Below are positions 1 to 11,400 of a stretch of DNA of 64,000 nt, piece after piece. Position numbers and translations under genes: made by a program. Within the stretch, counting starts at the first letter, position 1, and the number at the start of each line of letters is the position of its first letter. The stretch lies in contig LSRY02000003.1 in the NCBI GenBank assembly GCA_001643675.2, positions 992,001 through 1,056,000 on the forward strand, in the 5' to 3' direction. Source of the stretch: Monocercomonoides exilis PA203. Lineage: Eukaryota > Protista > Preaxostyla. The notes under the pieces are model-generated. The model worked only from the letters and a program-made list of their open reading frames with translations, made no database searches and had not been told where the DNA came from.

Positions 1-49
1 ATAATAAACATATAAGGGGTGAATTTTTCGTTTTTGTCACTGACACCAA

Positions 50-340
50 AAATTATTCAAAATGGGGGAAAATACAAATTTTCAAGCTTTTTGTGCACAA
101 AGCATGAAAAAATTATATAGCTCATAACTTAATTTAGCTTTCTTAGATTTCAAAATAAATTTGATTTTCATATCCGTATACAGGCATCGTTGAAATCAAA
201 ACATGAAGTTTTTCACATATCGCGAATGTCAAAAAATGAACCCATTTTTATTGTGTTTTTTGATCACAAAAAGTTCATCTAGAATGCATAATTTTACATG
301 AAAATGCCTCAAGTCAAATATCATGTCCCAAATGAGAATT
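50..340 (+). repeat. Diverged dispersed repeat, homologous to the reverse complement of ~56175-56460; probably subterminal transposon sequence
   Basis: Colinear shared blocks (ttcaagcttttt, agatttcaaaa, tttgattttcat, acaggcatcgttgaaa, caaaaaatgaac, tttttattgtgttttttg) in inverted orientation, roughly 70% identity by eye. Confidence 0.7.
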
Positions 341-699
341 TTTACATTCGAAAAAACAAAATTTGCATGCAAAATAGTAATATATGCATTCATATCAATT
401 ATTGTTTAAAACCTTACAAAAGTCTATTCACTTTCTCATGAAATTATGTGAAAGTTTTTTTTTTTTTTTTTGAATAAGAGGAAGAAGCACGTTTGCAAAT
501 TCCCTTCCAACCAAAAACGCTGTATATGGGTACAATATGGTGATATGAGATTTTTCTTTTTCCAACATAAAGACAATTTTTATGAATTATAATGTTGTTG
601 TGTGGTGCCATTTTTTCAACGAAAATTGTTTGCAACAAAATATAATTTTTTGAAAAATCTCTCTCTTTCATATATTTATGGGTTTGATCGAAACAAAAA

Positions 700-2162
700 A
701 TGGAACTTGTTCCTATTTATTTTGGAACAGAAAGTATTTCTGAACAAAATAAGGTGTTCTATAATGAGTATTCAACGTGGACTTGGTTTCTCACTCATAT
801 TCTGGAAAATAAAGTCCCTATATGCCCAAAACATCGAATCCAAAAGAATTGTTATAAGACAGTATCAAACAACAGATTTTGGAAGTGCCCAAAATGCACA
901 GAAAAAACATCAGTCTACAACAATACTATTTTTGAAAATATGAAGACTCCATTAGGAACAACATTCTTAATTTGTTTGTACTACTGGCTAAAAATTCCAA
1001 TTATAACAATATCAACAAAATTTGGAGTTGGAAAAAAGATAGTGGGATTTTGGAGGAGTGGCATTCGTGTGTGCAATTCAAAATTGTGGAATTCTTCGAA
1101 GAAAGTTGTTGGTGGAGAGTGAAAGATTGTAGAAATAGATGAGGTGATATGGAGAAAACGAAAATATGGAAATGGGAGCAAGAAAGATCAGACATGGATT
1201 TTTGGAGTCGTTAAAAGGCTCGAAGGCGGAGGAGCAGAATCTCCTTTATGACCATTGGACCAAATAGAAAAAGAGATTCATTGATCCCTGTAATCCAAAA
1301 ATTCGTTCTCCAGAAAACAATGATCAATTCAGATGAATGGAGAGAGTATTTATGTTTGGAATCTATTGGATATTGGCATAAAACCGTCGGTCATAAGAAA
1401 GAATATGTGAACAAATAGACTCATTCCTTCACAACCATTATTGAAGACCTATGGTCTCATTTAAGAGCGTCGTTCACACGTCTTGGAACAAGATAATAAT
1501 TTATTTCTGATCATATCGCAATGTATTTTGTGAAATCCTCGATGAAGTTGAGCTTTTTGGAACTAATGAAGCATGTTTCAAAATATAAACCAGAAAAAGA
1601 AATAGAAGAAATGGAACATGAAGAAGAAGAAGAAGATGATGATGATGATGAAATTGACGAAGATGTGCCTTTTATTTGAAGATACAGTTTGTGCAAAAAA
1701 TACAGGACAAGATCGATATTTCAATTACCGCAAGAAGAAAAATTCTGATAATTTTCCTCAATATTCATCTCGTCTACACAAACTCACGTGTCATACCAGA
1801 CTTTTAAAATCGCCTCATTCGTACTCAGAGAAATCAATATTTAATATTTCGGAGAAATAGGATTTCAAGTTTCTCCGAGATTTTAATCATTTGTTTTTTC
1901 TGAGCATAAACGAGGAAGTTTGGAAAGTTTTGTATATCAATTGAGTTTGTATAAATGAGATATATTTTGAGGAAATTTGTCAGAATTCTTCTTCTTGCGG
2001 TTATTGAGATATCGATCTTGTCCGGTATTTTTTGCGATGTCCGGTATTTTTTGCACAAACTGTATATTGGGAAATGATGAAAATGAGACTGATAAAAAAA
2101 TGGAAGAAGATGATTCAGATGGTGCTGGCGATGGAGATAGTGCTTCGGAATATTCTCCATAA
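700..2162 (+). pseudogene. Merlin/IS1595 (ISXO2-like) DDE transposase pseudogene, interrupted by a MITE in its acidic tail
   Basis: N-terminal Zn ribbon (CPKH...WKCPKC) and HTH-like region. After an in-frame TGA at 1120 it reads KIVEIDEVIWRKRKYGNGSKKDQTWIFGVVKR, then INSDEWREY and HKTVGHKKEYV, typical ISXO2/Merlin motifs. Several stops and frameshifts. The acidic tail resumes after the MITE (EDILGNDENE...SEYSP*). Confidence 0.85.
1685..2062. mobile_element. Foldback MITE (Tc1/mariner-type ends), copy 1
   Basis: TA|CAGTTTGTGCAAAAAATAC...GTATTTTTTGCACAAACTG|TA. The whole element is an imperfect palindrome with a TA duplication and is homologous to 24731-25106. Confidence 0.85.
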
Positions 2163-2799
2163 TTAAAAATATATTTATCTTTCCTTTAAATTTTAGAAAA
2201 TAATATTTTTCATATCAAAAATTTCATATTCCCAATATAATTTTTTGAAAATTTATTTTTTGTTTTTTTTTGTTCATAAACAAGTTTCCGTTCAGATTTA
2301 ACAACATAGTTGTGCTTCACTTGATATTTTCGATGCATCTATACCAAAAAATATCAAAAACTCACATGATTATATTGTTCCTTAATTCCAATTCAATTTC
2401 AAAGCATTTGGATGAGAGATGAAAAAAAAGAAGAATACAATCATTTGGATAGAACTTGGAAAGATAAATTTTTTCAAGCAAAGAAAGTGGATGACAACAT
2501 CGAAAGAAGGATATTTATGTGGGAATAAAGGATGATGGAGAAAGGAGCACTGGGAAACAATGGAAAAGGAGAATGGTAGCATCAGTGATTGGACAATCTT
2601 CTACTTTTGCAATAGGGAGGGTGTATGTGTTCTTTTGAGGTTTTTTTTTTAATCAATGCAAAACGAATTATTTTTATGTGTTTTTTAAATCATTTTTCCA
2701 TTCCAGCAAACAGCATTTTTTATGTCGAGCGTCATTCCTGGTGACAATCCATTTCACTCAGCATTTTTGATGATTTAATGGTTTCTTCTTCTTCTCCTT

Positions 2800-5060
2800 C
2801 TCCTTCGATCTCTTCATTTACGATTGTTTTTTGACTTAGCTGATGGAAAGAAGGCCTTCTTCGTATTTGAGAATTTGTTGTTTGAAAAGGTGTAACACAA
2901 TTGCCTCAAATTCACATATTGCGTTTCATAATAAGTTTGCCATTTTTTTTCATTTTTCAATTTCCGATATATTTCTGTTTTGTAATTTTTTCTTCCATTG
3001 GATGGCTGGCTTGCATTCGTTTTCAACCAGAAAGAAGTGCTTCTTATTTTCATTAACACAGAAATCGGACTCTTCCACTTTTGACACACCTTTTGGAAAG
3101 AATGCTAACTTTTTATTCTTCATCTTCTTCAGTTCTTTCACTCATTGCTTTTTCCTTATACAACGTTGTCAAATGCAAAACGATTAGTTCACAATAAGGC
3201 TTCTTTCTCACCTTTGCCATTTATCTTCATACGAAGAGTTCTTCTGACTCATTTCATTTCATTTGTAACAAACATCTTCTTTTTCCATATTTCTGTTCAG
3301 TTTGGGATATTGAGGCACTTCATCAAACAAAACAGTTCGCACATGATCAGACAACACACAACCATCTTCAATGATGTTTCTTGTTTCTTCGAAGAAACAG
3401 GTTCATTCCTTTCATCTGAGCATCCTCAAAGAAAGAAAGTTCAAAATCAACAGAGCCAAGCCATGGGTGAATCATGATCAGTCGGCAGACGATAACCATA
3501 TTTCAAACAGAACGGAACAAAACTCTGTCTCAAAAGCACACAAAATGGATGTGTTGTTGGATGCCGAATGTGTGATTGCTCACTTGGAAGAGAAAAAACG
3601 AATTTGATGATGAGATGAACGATGTGGAATGCTTGAATTGAAGAAAATAGGAGAATGGGATGATGAATGAATGGAGATTGTTGTTATGAATGAAATAAAG
3701 AGAAAGAGAGGAATTCCGAGATGATGGCAGAAACGAGCTGGGAGAGAGGAAGAAAAATTAGAAAATGTTTTGAATAAAAGAATTTATTCGAAAAAATGTC
3801 ATATTTGCACATCATTCAGATAGATCGTGATAAGATTCAATATCAACATTTTCTTCCTTTTCTTTTGCATCACTATCTTCATTAAACAAAATGTGAGAAT
3901 TTCAATCAAAACATCTTCTTCTTCCTCTGAAATTTGAGGGGGCGATGTTATTCTTTCCAAAATCTTCAAATGGAAATTTATCCTTTTGTTTGAAAGGAAA
4001 CATTGAAGAAGAAAGAAAAATGGCAAAAGAATTCCTTTTCACTTTCTCTTTCTTCAACTTCCCATTTTTTCTGTTTTTTGTTAACGACAATTGTTTTAAA
4101 AAGTTTCTCTCCTTCTTTTTCTTCTTCTTTGACTTATTTGAAGAATCTAACGAGGAAGGCAATAGAATCCTGAAAACAAATATGATGATATGTTTCAAGA
4201 AATGTTAGTGAAGTTAGAAGAAGCGATGAGGAAGATAATTTGGAATGGAGAGGAAGAAAAAGAAAACAGGTTACGTTGAGAAGAAATCCTTCAAACAATC
4301 ATTATCAATTCAAACAGAATTCAAGAAACACATCAAAAAAAGACTTCTTTCTTTTGCTTCACCCAAAGCATGCTCAACTTTCTTTCAATCACCACTGAAG
4401 TTTCTGTAGCTGCGCATTGTGTCTTTTCAGCTTGTTCAGCAACTGCAAAAGAAAATGATTTGACAAGAGATGTTCTTTGCACAGAAACCAATGCAGAAGA
4501 AGAAACACTCTGAGAATGTCAGATGAGAAATGAGTGAAAAGACAGGTGCTTCTTCTTTTACTGAGTGTGCTGTTCGCTGAGGATAAAGAGAAAAAGGCAG
4601 GGTTGATGATACATTCAAAAAGAGATGTCCATTTATTCTCATCAGCCATTGTGATTAGATGTGGTAGACATTGAAATTCAATTAAGAGTATCTGGCTTGC
4701 TCCGAGAAGAGAAAAGTGTGTGCAATAGGAAATATTCGGACTATGAATCCGAATTCCTTTCCGCTATCTTCATTCTTTTGATGAAGCAGCAGAATTCTCT
4801 GAATTCTTTCTATTTTGTTTTTGATGAACAATGAAAGTGTTGTTGAATTGTTGTGCTTCCTGGATGCTTTTCATGGCACAGCTGCCTTCACGACATTTTT
4901 CATCTGATCTCCATCAATTGAAGAAAAATGGATTATTGGCGTTCATAGCATTTGATTTTCACTTAAGAAAAATGTATTATTCAGTCACTGTTACTGTTCC
5001 ACCAATCATTTGTCCAGCCATCCTTGAAGTTGGAGATGACATTCTCGAATTTTCATAATT
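2800..5060 (-). pseudogene. Heavily decayed coding sequence; C-terminal fragment weakly PH-domain-like
   Basis: Coding-like composition but many stops. Fragment SKVEESDFCVNENKKHFFLVENECKPAIQWKKKLQ resembles the last strands and Trp helix of a PH domain. Confidence 0.3.
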
Positions 5061-5457
5061 TGTTTATTTTGTGATGAAACCATTTTGTTATTTCATTTTT
5101 CTATTTGACTGATTTTTGAATTGAATTATTATTTTTTTATTTTCGTTGAAATTCCTTTTAAACATCAGAAAAAAGCTCATCTCTGAAATTTGTGGATGTC
5201 TGATTCATAATTCTTTGTGTGTCAAAATTTTGGACATAATTTTTTCTTTGTGAATTTTGTTCCACACAATTCTCTCAAAGATTTTTCTAAACTTATAAAT
5301 ATTTCAAAATTCAATATAGTACTTCAATATCAGTTTTGCAATTATACGATTGCAGAAAAATTTTGGAACAAATCATTGAATTGTTTAGAAATTCTTAAAT
5401 TTCACCCCATCCACAACTTTAAAGAAAACGCATATGATTATGGTTTATTGATCAAAA

Positions 5458-7282
5458 ATGGCTTATTCAAACAGCTTTTTCACACAGGTATGGATTGTGG
5501 AATGAACAAAAAAATTGATTTATATATGAAATATATATCTATTTTATGAATTATTTTAAAATAATATTGATTCTGGATTTTTTTATAATTTCCAGGCACA
5601 GGAGTGTAATAAGTTAGCTGTTTCAGCTGAAAATGCCAAAGATTATCGATTGGCTTTTGAACACTATAAAAGAGGATGTCAAGCATTGAGAATCGCATTT
5701 AAATGTTTGCTCTTGCTCTTTTATGAAGAAAAGAGCACACAATTTTTTTATAAAAAATAATTAATTTCCTAAAGATGAAAACAATTATGAACTAAAGGAA
5801 AAAATAAAAGAGATTCTGACAGATATGTTAAAAAGAGCCGAAGATATTCATAGAGCGCTTCCTCAACTCGAGAAAGCCAAAGAAGAGCCTCCAACGACAG
5901 ATGAGCAAAAATATAAACCGTATATCAATAAATTGAACTTTTTTATTCACATATTACTGATCCACTTCACATGATTTTTTAGAAAAGGCTCTGGAGATGA
6001 TGATGACGAAGGTTTGAAAGATGCTCTGGAAGGTGCAATTCTTAGAGAAAAGTCAAATGTTAAATGGAATGACGTTGCTGGATTAGAACAAGCAAAGCAA
6101 TCTTTGAAAGAAGCAGTCGTTCTCCCAATAAAGTTTCCAGACTTATTTGATGAAAAGCGAAGGCCATGGAAAGGAATTTTGCTCTATGGGGTTTGAGGAG
6201 AAAAAAAATTTTTAATGTGTCTTTTTTAAAACAAATGTCTTTCATGAAATTTATTTCATTCAATTTTTTTGAAAAGCCACCCGGAACAGGAAAATCATAT
6301 TTGGCCAAAGCTGTTGCGACAGAAGCTGATGCAACATTCTTTTCTGTTTCTTCTTCAGATCTGATGTCGAAATGGGTTGGGCAAAGCGAACGGTTTGCAA
6401 ACTCTCTGCTTGAATTGGCACGAGAGAACAAGCCATCAATTGTGTTTGTCGATGAAATCGATTCGATTGCCGGAAAGAGAGGAGACGCAGAGTCAGAAAC
6501 GGCAAGAAAAGTCATGAGGGAACTGCTGGTGCAGATGCAAGGCTTCGACATTCAGAACGACGGGATCATGTTATTGGGCGCAACCAACAAGCCGTGGGAT
6601 TTGGATTCAGCAGTCCTCAGAAAATTCGAAAAGAAAATTCTAATACCTCTTCCAGAGGCAAGCGCAAGAGAAGAAATGTTCCGCATTCATTTGGGAAACA
6701 CAACAAACACTTTGACAGACAAAGACTTCAGATATTTGAGTGAAAAATCCGAAGGGTTTGTAATGCAATTTTTGTTACATGGAGAATGTCGAATAAATTT
6801 CATATTATTTTTCTTTCTTTCTTTCTTTTTTTTTTTGGTTCATGTAAATATTATTGTAATAATTCCTTTTATTTGAAAAAAATATAAAATGAATTGTTTT
6901 CCTTATCAGATATTCTGGGCAAGACATTCACATTGTTGTGCGCGATGCGCTGATGCAGCCGATTCGGCGGCTCGAGTCAATCACACACTTCAAAAAGTAC
7001 CGCGTCAGAGACGCTGATGGCACTACAACAGAGAAATGGGTGGGTGTGTCACCAGCTGAGCCAGGCGCAGTGGCAATGAATTTCATGAGCATACCGTCGA
7101 AAGAGCTATGCGCTCCTCCTGTCACACTGGTTTTTATTTATTTATTTATTTGCTTTTTGCGTTGTGTAATTCTTTTTTAGGAGGACATGCTTTCATCTCT
7201 AATGCAAATCAGACCTTCAGTCAAGCCTATCGATGCTGAGCGCTGTGAAAGATGGGCGAAAGAGTTCGGAATACAAAGGTAG
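5458..7282 (+). CDS. VPS4: Vps4-type AAA ATPase (MIT + AAA + Vps4_C), 7 exons
   Basis: Exons approx 5458-5487, 5596-5704, 5775-5919, 5983-6190, 6277-6755, 6910-7129, 7181-7282, all with GT-AG introns. MIT domain ([27 protein letters not shown]), Walker A GPPGTGKS, Walker [24 protein letters not shown], beta-domain [10 protein letters not shown]-terminus WAKEFGIQR*. Confidence 0.93.
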
Positions 7283-8495
7283 GGCTCATTCACTCACAGC
7301 AAAGTTATCTCTTTGAGTTGACGAGCGCATTGAACTATTAAAGTTTTAAAATATATATATATATATATAATTTATTACATCTTTCTTTTGCTTGTTCGGT
7401 TTTCTTTTCTTTCTTTCTTTTTTTTGTTTGAATGAAAGCTGCAGAAAAGAAAACGAGAAAAGGTGATGAAATTATCACTTTTCCATTGATTATTTTTTTC
7501 TGTTATCCATTTTGAAGACATTTTGAATTCATTTTGAATTCATTATTAAGCAATTTTAAGCCATTTTGTATTTGTTTTTTTTGCTATTTTTAAGTTATTT
7601 ACATCCATTTTGGAATCATTTTGAAACTTTTCTCATTTCAATTCAAGCACATTTGTGCGTTTTCGTTTTTTTACAATTTTATCTTTGACTTTTTAATTGA
7701 TTTTTGTTACAAAAGAAGATGTAAGTATTTTATGACCATTTTAGCGGAAAATATTTAAACGGACAGAATTATATCACAATGATAATAAAAAGAAAAACCT
7801 TTCAATCTTCATGAACTGGGTGAAGTGATATAAGATTACAATAATCAACAAATTCCGAATATTTCTTATATTTTCTTCTCTCCTTTAAATATCAAATTTT
7901 CTTTTTGAATATCCAAATTCTTCTTCTTCTCTTTCTTGTTCCTTGGCTTTTGTGGTGAATCTGAGTTTGCCTGTTTCATAAATATCAAAAACTTCTCAAT
8001 CACTATCGGCCCATTCGACAGATATTTTTGTACTGATCTGTTCACAGCTTCTTTGGACGGGCTATCGCTTTCTGCTTCGGAGCAGCAAACTCTGTACTAT
8101 CACTTGCTGCTATGCCAATAGCCATCGTGGAGAAAAAGATGCATACGAGTACGAGGCTCACTCCTCAGATGGGGCAAGGGCAGAAAGTGAAGAGAGGGAA
8201 GAGAAAGAGGAAGTACGAGAAAAAGGGTGGCCTGCGGTGATTGTGATTGTGTCAGCGCTTATTGCAGAAAAAATAAAAGGTTTTTACGAAAATAGGAAGA
8301 AGAAAAAGAAGAAATTCAAAAAAAAATTATTCTTCGTGAATCAAAGATATATATTCAATATATTTCCAATGCGAAATTGAACAATAGAGAAGACCTAATC
8401 TAAAATCAAAAAACATTAAAATAATATGGGCCGCAGGAATTTTTCATTTCCCCATTTTTCCTGCATCCGCAATTGTGTCGAGGAGCTTCCCCAAC

Positions 8496-11400
8496 ATGAA
8501 AGCCGCATGCAATATTGTTGCGTTGTTGTTGCTTGTTGTTAGCTGCTGTAATGACGAAGGCATTACAGAAAGGCCATATCATCAAAAATGGAACAAAGAG
8601 ATGCAGAGAAGCAAGATCAGCATTGCAGATAAAAATAACAAGGGAAACATTAATTTTTACAATTCATTGGAAAAAGTTATAAAACCAGCTGCCAATCATA
8701 TTTACAGTGTCCAAACAAGTCTAAATATCATCAATACCTCCTTGTGTGTGAGCCTTCTCAACATCATCCCTCTCACTGGTTGTCCACTCCTCACTGCCCA
8801 ACACCACTCCACTGCCTCCATCTGCTCCTCCACTTGCACCATCCACCCACCTTCCCTCACCAACCACCACTACCGCCACTGCCCCCTCTTCCTCTCTGCC
8901 CATGCCTCCCTCGCCCTCACAAACTTCTCCCTCACCACCCACCAACCTGCCATCCTCTCCTTCCCCCTCTTCTCCACCCCAAACAATCTCCTCCCACATG
9001 CCCACTCCCCAATCCCTGCCTCCTTCTCCATCTCCCACTCCTCATTCTCCTCTTTCGTCTCCCTCGTCCAGCCCTTCCTTTTTTCTACTTCTTCCCTCTC
9101 TTCCCCTTCCCCTTCTCCATCTCCATCTCTTTCCTCTTCTCCTTCATCTTCCTCATCCTCATCCTCATCATCTTCTTTTTCTTCCCCTTCCCCTTCCCTT
9201 TCCCCTTCGATTTCCTCTTCCTCTTCCCCTCTCCATATCCATCACCAATCCCATCCCCACCTCCAAATCCACCTCAATCTCCATCTCTCAAACACCCTCT
9301 TCTCCAACATCTCCTCTCCCCAATCCCCTCTATCTCTTCCATCCCTTCCCTCCCACTCACTCAATTCATTCATCTCAACCACTTCTTCCTCTTCTCTCTC
9401 TTCCACCAACACCAACGCCAATTCAACCCCCTCCTTCTCCCTTCACTCATCTCTCTCCTTCCACTCAACCATCTTCAAACACACCCACAACCCCATCGAT
9501 GGAACCATTCTCCCAAATCTCAACAGCCCATCCACTTCTCTCTCTGCCTTCAACGCCTCTTTTCTCCACCAAACTCGCTCTTCACCAAATGCTGCTGTTG
9601 TTCATGTCGGATCTGAATCTCAAAGAGTGAAACCTGGAAGATTGACTTCTTTTGATGTGAACAGTCATCGCTTTGAATGGTGTGAATGGAACGATTCAAA
9701 TGGAGGAAACGATCATGGAGGAGCACTTAAAGTTTTTTGTGTAAATGCCAATCTCACAATCACTTCTTGCTCGTATAGCAAATGCTCAACAACAAAACAT
9801 GGAGGAGCGTTATATTGTGATTATTTGTTAAAAGTTGATATCGCAAAATCCAATTTCACAAGCTGTTCAGCTGCTCATGCAGGAGCTGCTTATTTATATT
9901 GCAATCAACCTAATTCTGTTTGGACATTCTCAGAAAACAGAGTCGAAAGTTGTAAAATAACAGATTGGTGCGGAACTGGTTGGTACTTTTCCCTCTATAG
10001 CATGCCCTCAGATGCTCAATTCCTGTTTTCCAAATGCAAGTGCATTGCAAATTCTGGTGGTAATTCTGCTGGTTCTCTCACATTTCTAAGTCCACCACAC
10101 AATAAGCCAAATCAATTTTTGGTTGATGATTGCCAGTTTATCAAAAATGAATTGACTGCCTCTTCTAATTATGGAGGCGCCGCCATTTACTGTTATGCAA
10201 CATATAACTGGATGAGCGGAAATAAATTCATCACATTCTGTTTCTTCGATGGAAATACAGCAACTAATGGCAGGGGAAATGATGTGTTCTTTTACGGAAG
10301 TGATATTACACAATCCCCATTCCAGCAATGTGGATCAACAACAGAATCAAAAAGAGTCTGGAATAATGGACAAGCAGATAATACCGTGTATAATGGCTGG
10401 CTTCCGATCATCGACCAGAACAAAATAGTCTCAAATGGTGGAAGTGATGTCGATGCCTGTGGCAAAACACAGCAAAGCCCCTGTGCCACAGTGGAGTATG
10501 CCCTCGGATGCATTGCTCCCTTCAGCGATGCCTCCCTCTCTCTTCTCATATCCACTTTCACTCCCACAAAGACTCTCACATTCCGTGCCCCAAATACAAG
10601 AATCACAGGAAATGGCACAATTGCCACCACCATCGCCTCCAGTGGCATTCCCCAACCACAAAACCCACATTCACACTCATCACACTCATCACAATCAGCA
10701 TCATCATTTTCTTCATTTTCATCAATATCAACATTTTCTTCACCAGATCCATCTGCCTCGTCTGCCCTCTTCCAACAGACCCAGGGCTCCCTCACAGTCT
10801 CTGCCCTCGCCCTCGCCCACAACTCCACAAATCAAATCACCCCCATCCTCTTCCACCTCTCCCAAAACTCCCCTTCCCTCAACCTCAACACAACCACCAT
10901 CACCGGAACAACCTCCATAACAATAAAAACACCCCTCTTCTTCCTCACTGCTGGCTCCCTCGCCCTCAACCACACAGCAATCACCAGTCTCACCCTCAAC
11001 AGTCAAAGCATCTTCCACCTCACCTCCCTCACAAATCCCCTCACCCTCAACTCCTCCAGCATCACCCACATCACCTCCACAGCCACCCCCGCCAGCTGTG
11101 TCCTCTCCTCTGCCACCTCCCCTGCCCTCTCCCTCTCCCTCTCCCTCGCCAACTGCACCATCACAAACATCAACTCAGCTCCACAAAACCAACAGACTGC
11201 CACCAATGGCGGGTGCATCTCATTCGCCTCATCCGTCTCTGCCAATACGTTTTCGGTGAGTGACACCACCTTCTCCAGCTGCTCTGTGAGCGAGGATACA
11301 AGTTCTGGAGGAAGAGGCGGTGCTCTCATGATCGAGTTCAATGAAGGCTCACAAGTGTCAGAATCCTCCTTTTCCATAACCAATATCGTGTTTTCAGCCA

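Noticed and set aside
7930-8260. GC-richer intergenic patch between VPS4 and the surface gene
   Set aside because: No credible ORF, RNA structure or in-window homologue identified by eye.
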